In this document: piece by piece, positions 1 through 7,414 of the stretch
Position numbering within the stretch: the first letter of the stretch is position 1
How the letters are laid out: every line of letters starts with the position of its first letter
NCBI RefSeq assembly: GCF_006345805.1
Contig: NW_021827720.1
Coordinates: forward strand, 1-10,036
Direction: 5' to 3'
Source: Octopus sinensis
Taxonomy: Eukaryota
DNA: 10,036 nt
Made by a program: the position numbers and the translations under genes
The notes under the pieces: generated by a model
Database searches by the model: none
The model's input: only the letters and a program-made list of their open reading frames with translations
What the model was told of the DNA's origin: nothing

Positions 1-186
1 TATACAGGTAATATACGTATATATACGTCAATATATATACGTCATTATATGTATATATATATTTGTACATATGTAATATGTATATATATATGTATTAGTA
101 TCTATGTAAATATGTATATATATTTATATATATATATATATATACATACATTCATACATGTTTACATATATATATATATATATATA
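1..186. repeat. Degenerate (TA)n microsatellite
   Basis: Near-continuous TA dinucleotides with scattered G/C substitutions. Confidence 0.9.
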
Positions 187-477
187 AAGAACAGAAGAAA
201 TTGATAAGAAATGAAACAAAAACAAACAATAACCTCTCCAACTTTCTCGTGAAATTTTTTCCCTTTCTTTTTTTACTAAAACGAAAAAAAGGAACCCCTT
301 AATTTTACTTTTGTGGCTGTTGTTGTTGTTGGTGTTGTAGCTGTTGATTTTGTTCTAGCCTGACATGCTCCAATTTAAAAGTGAAACTTCTAAAGTTAGT
401 TATAATGAAGATATGCTTAACAGATGAAGTCTAGCGCTAGCGAGATATATAGACTGTGTGATATGGAAACAGAGGTT

Positions 478-516
478 GAGATAGATAGGCAGATAGGCAG
501 ATAGATAGATGGATGA

Positions 517-558
<42 letters not shown>

Positions 559-612
559 GGATGGATGGATGGATGGATGGATGGATGGACGGACGGACGG
601 ACGGATGGATAA

Positions 613-681
<69 letters not shown>

Positions 682-808
682 AAGAAAAGTAGATAGATAG
701 ATAGATAGATGGATGGGTGGATGGATGGATGGATGGACGGACGGATGGATAGATAGATAGATAGATAGATGGATGGATGGATGGATACATAGGCAGATAT
801 ATATATAT

Positions 809-876
<68 letters not shown>

Positions 877-1221
877 GTAGTTAGAGAGATAGGTAGGTAA
901 GTAGGTAGGTAGATAGGTAGACAGACAGGCAGACCAGCGGATGTGCTGATAGATAGATAAATAGATAGACAGACAGGTAGGTTGAGAGACTGGTAGGTAT
1001 GTATGTATGTAGGTAGGATGGTAGGTAGAGTAATTGGTAGGGAGGTAGGTAGGTAGAAAGACAGACAAACGGACATGCAGGTAGGTAGACAGGTAGGCAG
1101 GTAGGTTGAGAGATTAGTATGTATGTGTGTATATATGTATGCATGTATGTATGTATGTATGTATGTATGTATGTATGCATGTATGCATGTATATATGTAT
1201 GCATGTATGTATGTATGTATC

Positions 1222-1252
<31 letters not shown>

Positions 1253-1550
1253 TGTATGTATGTATGCATGTATGTATGTATGTAGGTAGGTAGGTAGGTA
1301 GGTAGGTAGGTAGGTAGGTAGGTAGGTAGGTAGAAAGACAGACAAACGGACATACAGATCGACTGACAGACAGACAGACAGATAGACAGGTAGGTTGGGA
1401 GATTGGTAAGTATGTATGTATGTATGTATGAAGGTAGGTAGGTAGGTAGGTATGTAGGTAGGTAGGTTGGTAGGTAGGTAGGTAGGGTGGTAGGTAGGAA
1501 GGTAGACAGGCAGACGGACATGGAGACAGATAGACAGATATATGGACATA
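478..1550. repeat. Compound tetranucleotide microsatellite (ATAG/ATGG/ACGG/GTAG/GTAT/ACAG, with AG and AT dinucleotide patches)
   Basis: Long runs such as (ATAG)n 508-557, (ATGG)n/(ACGG)n 558-610, (GTAT)n 1205-1283 and (GTAG)n 1284-1333. The minus-strand ORFs with [12 protein letters not shown] repeats are its translation. Confidence 0.95.
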
Positions 1551-1835
1551 AACGTGTGCATTTCTGAGTGTATATGCATTTATATATACTAATATTTATA
1601 TATAGATATGTAAGAGTTAATATATATGTAAGTATGCATAAATGTTCTGTCTATCAATCTTTTTTCTTCCCGATCCCTTTTGATCGGAATTTTCCATTTT
1701 TTTTTTTATCTTTCCCCTTTTTTTCATTTTCGAAAAGAAAAGCTCTACATTTGTATTCGTCCCCTCTGTGTTCAGATCTGTATGGCCAACAAAGAAAGGT
1801 ATCTGTCTTTCTATCTGTCTGTCTAAATATGCTTG

Positions 1836-1869
1836 TATGTATGTGCATGTGTGTGTGTGTGTGTGTGTG
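1836..1869. repeat. (TG)n microsatellite
   Basis: ATGT grading into GTGTGT run. Confidence 0.85.
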
Positions 1870-1990
1870 AATGTGTGGCCTAGAGGCGAATGCATTTCAC
1901 TCACGGATATGAATGAGATCATGGTCTTGATACCGGGAATGGTGGTGATGTGCGTTGACCTTGAGCAGAACATCGTCACGATGCTCTGCT
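1863..1990 (+). mobile_element. Degenerate tRNA-derived SINE head (family D)
   Basis: A-box-like TGGCCTAGAGG (1876-1886), decayed B-box-like GGTCTTGATACC (1923-1934), then CCTTGAGCA (1959-1967), resembling the start of a CORE-type domain. Heavily diverged; boundaries approximate. Confidence 0.45.
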
Positions 1991-2015
1991 ATTACCCCAA
2001 GTCTAGTGGAATACC

Positions 2016-2437
2016 TATTTCTTTACAACCCACAAGGGGCTAAACACAGAGAGGACGAACAACGACAGACAAACGGATTAAGTCGATTAGATCGACCCCA
2101 ATGCGTAACTAGTACTTATTTAATCGACCCCGAAAGGATGAAAGGCAAAATCAACCTCGGCGGAATTTGAACTCAGAACGTAGTGGCAGACGAAATACCT
2201 GTTTTTTTTACTACCCACAAGGGGCTAAACTCAGAGAGGACAAACAAGGACAGACAAACGGATTAAGTCGATTATATCGACTCCAGTGCGTAACTGGTAC
2301 TTAATTTATCGACCACCTCGAAAGGATGAAAGGCAAAGTCGACCTCGGCGGGATTTGAACTCAAAACGTAGCGGCAGACGAAATACGGCTACGCATTTCG
2401 CCCGGCGTGCTAACGTTTCTGCCAGCTCGCCGCCTTC
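2016..2437 (-). mobile_element. Dimeric tRNA-derived SINE (family B) with 15 bp target-site duplication
   Basis: Minus-strand A box TGGCAGAAACG (2414-2424) and B box GAGTTCAAATCC (2351-2362). Two ~175-190 bp monomers (about 2016-2199 and 2200-2437), roughly 90% identical by eye; only the 5' one has the A box. Perfect TSD GTCTAGTGGAATACC at 2001-2015 and 2438-2452. The central GCCTTTCATCCTTTCG..GTCGATAAATTAAGTACC resembles the Meta-SINE domain (from memory). Confidence 0.9.
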
Positions 2438-3073
2438 GTCTAGTGGAATACCGCGCACCTGTAGAGGTAATGTCGATTGAATGGAAGTTGTGGTCTTACG
2501 AGGGGCACAGCATTTGATCACAACAAACAAATGATCTGTGCAGGTTGCCAAGCAAGAGACTGCGGAATCTACTTCCCTTGACACGAGACATCACGAAGAA
2601 AAAAAAGGCAGATATGATACACGTAAGATTTGCGTAGAATTAGGGCTCGAACAAGCAAGACAATACAGGGTGGATGTACGAAAGTAGAAAACGACAAATT
2701 GATTGGCAATTGAATGTGGAAATTTCGGTGACAAATATTTAAAACTTTAGCTAACAGTTTCTTATATAAAACAAAAAATGAACGGTATTTTTCGACATTT
2801 GCGTGACTCACTTGATTTGACAAGTACATAGACATGGTTTATTCTTTAATTTGAAAAGCGGAATCGTAGGCTCTTATATTCCGAAGAAAGTGTTTATAAT
2901 CTGGATGGTCTCCGAGCAGCAGGGACTTGAAAGGATCGGCAGCAACTTATAAATGAGGCTAGTTATTTACTCTTCACAATAGGTTAAGTTAATCTTCCAA
3001 CAAATGCCTGTTGAAGTCGAGCATATTTTCATTTCAATGCACACCTTCCCATATGCCTCAGGTAATTTCATAT

Positions 3074-3289
3074 CTCTTTCTCTTTTTCTCTTTTACTTGT
3101 TTCAGTCATTTTTGACTGCGGCCATGCTGGAGCACCGCCCTTAGTCGACCAAATCGACCCGGGACTCATTCTTTGTAAGCCCAGTGCTTATTCTATCGGT
3201 CTCTTTTGCCGAACCGCTAAGTGACGGGGACGTAAACACACCAGCATCGGTTGTCAAGCAATGCTAGGGGGACAAACACAGACACACAA

Positions 3290-3320
<31 letters not shown>

Positions 3321-3413
3321 CGACGGGCTTCTTTCAGTTTCCGTCTACCAAATCCACTCACAAGGCTTTGGTCGGCCCGAGGCTATAGTAGAAGACACTT
3401 GCCCAAGTGCCAC
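3074..3413 (-). mobile_element. SINE family A, headless copy (CORE-like part, TA/TG microsatellite, 3' module, tail)
   Basis: Colinear with the full copies at 4547-4948 and 6376-6771. Minus-strand tail ACTGAAACAAGTAAAAGAG; homology stops at GTGCCAC (3413), before the B box. Confidence 0.9.
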
Positions 3414-3452
3414 TCGTTTTCAATAAATATTTACAATAGTTTCTCAAGATAA

Positions 3453-3676
3453 GACACACACACAAACACACACACAAACACACACACACATATATATATA
3501 TATAGATATATACGGCAGGCTTCTTTCAGTTTCCGTCTACCAAATCCACTCACAAGGCATTGGTCGGCCCGGGGCTATAGCAGAAGACACTTGCCCAAGA
3601 TGCCACGCAGTGGGACTGAACCCGGAACCATGTGGTTGGTTAGCAAGCTACTTACCACACACCCACTCCTGCGCCT
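3453..3676 (-). mobile_element. SINE family A, 5' half (tRNA head, CORE-like part, microsatellite)
   Basis: Minus-strand AGGCGCAGGAGTGGGTGTGTGGTAAG head, B box GGGTTCAGTCCC, then CTTGGGCAAGTGTCTTC (CORE-SINE-like). Ends in (TA)n(TG)n with no 3' module. Confidence 0.9.
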
Positions 3677-3839
3677 ATATATATCGCAATTAAACATGTT
3701 TCTTACTGTTCGCCATCATGTCTATAGAAATGTCATGTATGGTTTTTGTACCGATTCTTCAGCCATCAAGCCAATTAAGCGGCATTCCGAACGATGATTT
3801 ACCATATTTTCACATTTTGATGCCCGATATCTGCAAATA

Positions 3840-4229
3840 GTGGAGGCGCAATGGCCCAGTGGATAGAGCAGCGGACTCTCGGTCGTAGGATCGTGGTTCC
3901 GATTCCCAAACCGGGCGTTGTGAGTGTTTATTGAGCGAAAACACCTAAAAGCTCCACGAGGCTCCGGCAGGGGATGGTGGTGATCCCTGCTGTACTCTTT
4001 CACCACAACTTTCTCTCACTCTTACTTCCTGTTTCTGTTGTACCTGTATTTCAAAGGGTCAGCCTTGTCACACTCTGTGTCACGCTGAATATCCCCGAGA
4101 ACTACGTTAAGGGTACACGTGTCTGTGGAGTGCTCAGCCACTTGTACGTTGATTTCACGAGCAGGCTGTTCCGTTGATCGGATCAACCGGAACCCTCGTC
4201 GTCGCAACCGACGGAGTGCTTCCATCACC
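3840..4229 (+). mobile_element. Full-length tRNA-derived SINE (family C) with 11 bp TSD
   Basis: A box TGGCCCAGTGG (3852-3862), B box GGTTCCGATTCCC (3895-3907, one extra C), short CCAT/CACC tail. TSD ATCTGCAAATA at 3829-3839 and 4230-4240. Confidence 0.85.
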
Positions 4230-4370
4230 ATCTGCAAATAAAGCATGTTCGTGTTTGAATACCAGCTTAGTCTTGATTTAACGTAACGTCTACAAATAAT
4301 CCTCAATTTCAGGCATAGACAGAAGCGGAATTACACGCGTGTGTGTTGGAGGGGGGGGGGCTTTAGCCAG

Positions 4371-4546
4371 TAATCCTTTTTCTATTTTCTCTCTCTGTTT
4401 ATTTCTGTGTTCCTTTCCGTCGAAGAGCGTAGACTCGAAATGTAAAGGACTTTCTCACTTTCCGAGCGTTAATCTAATAGATCTGTTTGTTGTTTACACA
4501 CCCGTCTTCGTCCTGTGTTTTATTTTTTTTGTAAATTCTCTCTATA
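4371..4546 (+). mobile_element. Possible Penelope-like terminal-repeat remnant with degenerate hammerhead-like motif
   Basis: T-rich segment containing CCTTT-CCGTCGA-A-GAG-CGTAGA-CTC-GAAA-TGT-A-AAGG (4412-4448), which has hammerhead topology but two core substitutions. Family assignment and boundaries are inference. Confidence 0.3.
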
Positions 4547-4948
4547 CTTTTTACTCTTTTACTTGTTTCAATCATTTGACTGCGGCCATGCTGGAGCACC
4601 GCCTTTTAGTCGAGCAAATTAACTCCAGGACTTATTTTTTTAAGCCTAGTACTTATTCTATCGGTCTCTTTTGCCGAACCGCTAAGTTACGGGGACGTAA
4701 ACACACCAGCATCGGTTTTCAAGCGACGTTGGGGGAGGGACAAATACAGACACACAAACACACACACACGCATATGTATACACATATATACAACGGGCTT
4801 CTTTCAGTTTCCGTCTACCAAATCCACTCACAAGGCTTTGGTCGGCCCGAGACTACAGTAGAAGACACTTGCCCAAGGTGCCACGCAGTGGGACTGAACC
4901 CGGAACCATGTGATTCGTAAGAAAGCTACTTACCACACAGTCACTCCT
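4547..4948 (-). mobile_element. SINE family A, full length
   Basis: A-box region 4930-4943, B box 4890-4901, CORE-like CCTTGGGCAAG, internal (TA)(TG) tract, 3' module and (GTAAAA(A/G)A)-type tandem tail. No TSD found. Confidence 0.92.
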
Positions 4949-5020
4949 GATATATATAGATATATTCATAAACGTATCGTCTTGGCTTGAACATAAGATA
5001 GATAGAAATATCATCATCAT

Positions 5021-5043
5021 TATCATCATGATCATCATCATCT
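5021..5043. repeat. (ATC)n microsatellite
   Basis: Imperfect TCA/ATC repeats. Confidence 0.8.
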
Positions 5044-5052
5044 TATTTCTAG

Positions 5053-5240
5053 TTAGTTCAAGTTCCATCAAGACCAACCTTGCCTTCCGTCATTTCGGGG
5101 GGCGATAAAATAACTACCAGTTGAGCATTACGCCGATGTAATCGATTAGCCCCACCCCGCCCCACCCCGCCCCACCCCGCCCCACCCCACCCCGCTCTCC
5201 CAAAATTTCAGGTCTTGTGCTTACAATGCAAAGAATATTT
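5053..5240 (+). mobile_element. Diverged family-B-related SINE fragment
   Basis: AGTTCAAGTTCC (B-box-like), then CCTTGCCTTCCGTCATTTCGGGGGGCGATAAAATAACTACCAGTTGAGCA..CCGATGTAATCGA, colinear with the reverse complement of 2270-2362. Confidence 0.7.
5150..5193 (-). repeat. (GGGGT/GGGGC)n pentamer tract, G-quadruplex motif
   Basis: Nine CCCC tracts separated by single A or G on the plus strand. Confidence 0.9.
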
Positions 5241-5565
5241 TGATGATTTTGCCAAGTTTTTTTTAAAAAAACAACAACAATTATTTTATTATTTCATGAG
5301 AATTTTTATGGCAAATATAATACATAAATACGTTAAACAATGAGATAAATGTCTGGAAAAGTCTTTTATGTAAAACAATAATTTATTTTAGCCTAATTAA
5401 TTTATAATTTATACAATAAAATCGAGAGGGCATTAAATGAGTGGCGTAGAATGGTAAAGAATAACGAAGCAAAAAGAATAAAGAATAATGAAACAAAAAA
5501 AATCAATACAGCGAATAAAATATTTCTGCCATTGTGGACATTTTGTTGAGAATAAATAACTGACC

Positions 5566-5871
5566 TTTATTGATCTTGTTTTAGTAGTTAGACCACGGCC
5601 ATTCTGGGGCACCGCCTTGAAGAATTCTAGACGAACGAATCGACCCCCGGTACTTATATTTAGTCGGTTTCTTTTGCTCAAGTGCTATGTTACGGGACGT
5701 CAACAAACCGACACTTCTTGTCAAGCAGTTGGGGGTGGGGGTGTAGGGACAAACGGACAGAAGAACGCACACACAGAAATACTCATTCACACATGCGCGC
5801 GCATACACTCACGCGTGCGCATACACACACACTCACATTCACACATACACACACAAACATATATAATATAA
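5566..5871 (-). mobile_element. Old family-A-related SINE 3' module plus CA/TA microsatellite
   Basis: CACGGCCATTCTGGGGCACCGCC, ATCGACCCCCGGTACTTAT, GTTACGGGACGTCAACAAACC and TTGTCAAGC match the family-A 3' module with many substitutions. No head. Confidence 0.7.
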
Positions 5872-5880
5872 CTCTAGCCC

Positions 5881-6185
5881 CTTAACATGTTTCAGCTTTA
5901 AAGCTGCGGTCATGCTAGGGCTCCACCGTTGGCTGTGCTACACCTTTATTAGTTGAAACCGCGTCAGACCCGTGGTATTTGGTGGATGAGGAAGTTTGAT
6001 GGTGTGTTTCCTGCCGTGAGGTAGGCTTATCTGGAACCCCCGAGAGGAAGATACCCAGTTTTGTTTTGAAGCCACCTACATTCACACTATGAAGGTTTTT
6101 CAGGCATTTTGGAAGAATGCTGAAGAACCGTGGGCCCGGGAAACCGAATCTGTTGCAGTAGCTATATCTGCTCCTGTATTTTGAT
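5881..6185 (-). mobile_element. 3' terminal fragment of a CR1/L2-group LINE (ORF2 C-terminus plus 3' end)
   Basis: Open minus frame 6178 to 5915, absent from the ORF track: YRSRYSYCNRFGFPGPRFFSILPKCLKNLHSVNVGGFKTKLGIFLSGVPDKPTSRQE...VEP*. It matches the GPxLFNxLP...FKxxLDxFL...PDxP C-terminal pattern of non-LTR ORF2. Clade not determined. Confidence 0.75.
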
Positions 6186-6350
6186 GTATATATACGACAA
6201 ACTTCTTTCAGTTTCCGTCGACCAAATCCACGCGCCCTAACCCTAATCCACTGACCCTAACCTTAACCCGAGGATATAATAGAAGAGACTTTCTCAAGGT
6301 GCCATGCTGTGGGACTGAACTCGGAACCATGTAGTTAAGAGCAAACTTCT
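6186..6350 (-). mobile_element. Diverged SINE family A 5' half, fused to the LINE fragment and interrupted by CCCTAA repeats
   Basis: GTGGGACTGAACTCGGAACCATGT (B-box region) and CTTCTTTCAGTTTCCGTC match family A. The internal segment is replaced by CCCTAA-type units at 6235-6269. Confidence 0.8.
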
Positions 6351-6375
6351 TACATCTAATGAACTTCAGCGAACA

Positions 6376-6592
6376 TTCACTCTTTCACTCTTTTACTTGT
6401 TTCAGTCATTTGACTGTGGCCATGCTGGAGCACCGCCTTTAGTCGAGCAAATCGACCCCAGGTCTTATTCTTTGTAAGCCTAGTACTTATTCTTTCGGTC
6501 TCTTTTGCCGAACCGCAAATTTATGGGGACGTAAACACACCAGCATCGGTTGGCAAGCGATGTTGGTGGAACAAACACAGACACACAAACAT

Positions 6593-6628
<36 letters not shown>

Positions 6629-6771
6629 GTATATATACGACGGGCTTCTTCCAGTTTCCGTCTACCAAATCCACTCACAAACTTTGGTCGACCCGAGGCT
6701 ATAGGAGAAGACAATTGCCCAAGGTGCCACGCAGTAAGGAAGCTACGTACCACACAGCCACTCCTACGCCT
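6376..6771 (-). mobile_element. SINE family A, both ends present, B box deleted
   Basis: Tail at 6376-6400 and head end at 6771. About 30 nt including the B box is missing between CACGCAGT (6735) and AAGGAAGCTAC. Confidence 0.9.
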
Positions 6772-6828
6772 ATATTCAAGTAACTTTTTCAAAAGTATGA
6801 ATATTTCATGTACTCTCAATCTGCACAG

Positions 6829-6990
6829 TTCCGCACAGATTTTTGGACACGCGCAGACCAAGAAAACATTAAAGAAAAGATACATCAAGTCACACAAACT
6901 TTGAATCCGGAGAATTTTGCAAACATAAGCAGAAAGGGAAACAAGTACTGTGAGGGGAATACGAGAGTGAGTGAAAAATATCTTAGTCAA
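6829..6990 (+). CDS. Candidate internal exon of an unidentified host gene
   Basis: Non-repetitive, with only one open frame (FRTDFWTRADQENIKEKIHQVTQTLNPENFANISRKGNKYCEGNTR...). CAG acceptor at 6826-6828 and two consensus phase-0 donors, GTGAGT (6967) and GTAAGT (6991). Weak polypyrimidine tract; no protein family recognised. Confidence 0.35.
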
Positions 6991-7038
6991 GTAAGTTTGA
7001 AACCAATCATAATTTATTTTTTAATTGTATCTCTACAG

Positions 7039-7097
7039 ATCTTCAGTAGAAGGAAGAGCCAACACTGAAAGTTACGACGTTTCCTATACGACCACAT
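7039..7097 (+). CDS. Candidate micro-exon
   Basis: Strong acceptor TTTTTTAATTGTATCTCTACAG (ends 7038), donor GTATGT at 7098, one open frame (SSVEGRANTESYDVSYTTT). Its phase does not match the donors of the upstream candidate, and it overlaps the tandem unit. Confidence 0.2.
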
Positions 7098-7414
7098 GTA
7101 TGTAAACAATGCAATCGAACATAGAAATATAGATAACAGGTGTATATACGTATTTTAGGAGTTATTGCATCTTCTTCAGTGCCACATTCAAGCCATTAAC
7201 CATCCACGACTGCATTGCTTAAATAGTCGCTAAATTTCGCACTGTAACTCTATTGGATACACCAATTTACGTATTTACCACATTCTTGGCAACTGGTACA
7301 TACGTATGGATTGCTGGCTGGTTATATAATTTAGAGCCAGCGCTGAAAGTTACGACGTTTCCTATACGAATGCGTTCTATGTAAACAATATAGTCGAAGA
7401 TAGAGAAATAGGTA
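7055..7414 (-). repeat. ~278 bp tandem unit: copy 1 (7055-7332) and first part of copy 2 (7333-7414)
   Basis: 7055-7091 vs 7333-7369 match at 35/37, including an identical 27-mer CTGAAAGTTACGACGTTTCCTATACGA. Similarity continues with a 1-nt indel to 7135/7414. Confidence 0.9.
7140..7185 (-). ncRNA. Minimal type I hammerhead motif, copy 1 (probably inactivated)
   Basis: GUGGCA-CUGAAGA(7179-7173)-AGAUGCAAUAACUCCU-AAAA-UACGUAU-A/UACAC. Perfect palindromic helix III AUACGUAU, but G12 is changed to A and helices I and II have mismatches. Confidence 0.45.

Noticed and set aside
1060-1073. 14-mer GACAGACAAACGGA shared by the microsatellite (1060, 1337) and SINE family B (2064, 2249)
   Set aside because: Low-complexity ACAG-derived word; chance similarity cannot be excluded and the flanks do not align.
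400-1579. Six long minus-strand ORFs (up to 268 aa)
   Set aside because: They translate stop-free tetranucleotide repeats ([12 protein letters not shown]); no coding signal.
2544-2622. Possible exon (CAG/...VAKQETAESTSLDTRHHEEKKGRYDT.../GTAAGA)
   Set aside because: Good donor, but no polypyrimidine tract, two frames open and no recognisable homology.
3727-3797. Possible terminal exon NVMYGFCTDSSAIKPIKRHSER* after a CTATAG acceptor
   Set aside because: Short, with no independent support.
3845-3915. tRNA gene
   Set aside because: No closing acceptor stem, B box has an insertion, and it continues into a 390 bp TSD-flanked element, so it is a SINE head.
6375-6778. TSD ATTCA around the SINE at 6376-6771
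   Set aside because: Only 5 bp, AT-rich and overlapping the tandem tail.
3261-6990. ORFs overlapping SINEs (e.g. 3261-3452, 3974-4177, 4339-4920, 5617-5871, 6550-6904)
   Set aside because: They are incidental frames through SINE and CA/TA repeat sequence.
7036-7090. Additional hammerhead from GAAACGTC (7076-7083) and CTGAAGA (7040-7046) on the minus strand
   Set aside because: No CUGANGA plus helix II upstream of the GAAA in either copy, and no helix I pairing for a type II arrangement.
7160-7320. Minus-strand NGLN and CxxC words suggesting a Penelope GIY-YIG C-terminus
   Set aside because: Both repeat copies share an in-frame TAA just upstream, and the surrounding residues do not fit.
7335-7411. 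Duplicated exon in tandem copy 2 (ASAESYDVSYTNAFYVNNIVEDREI)
   Set aside because: Differences from copy 1 are mostly non-synonymous and include a 1-nt indel; donor is weak.
7055-7414. CRISPR-like repeat-spacer array
   Set aside because: Only two copies of the 27-mer, 278 bp apart, within a longer duplication in eukaryotic context with no cas genes.
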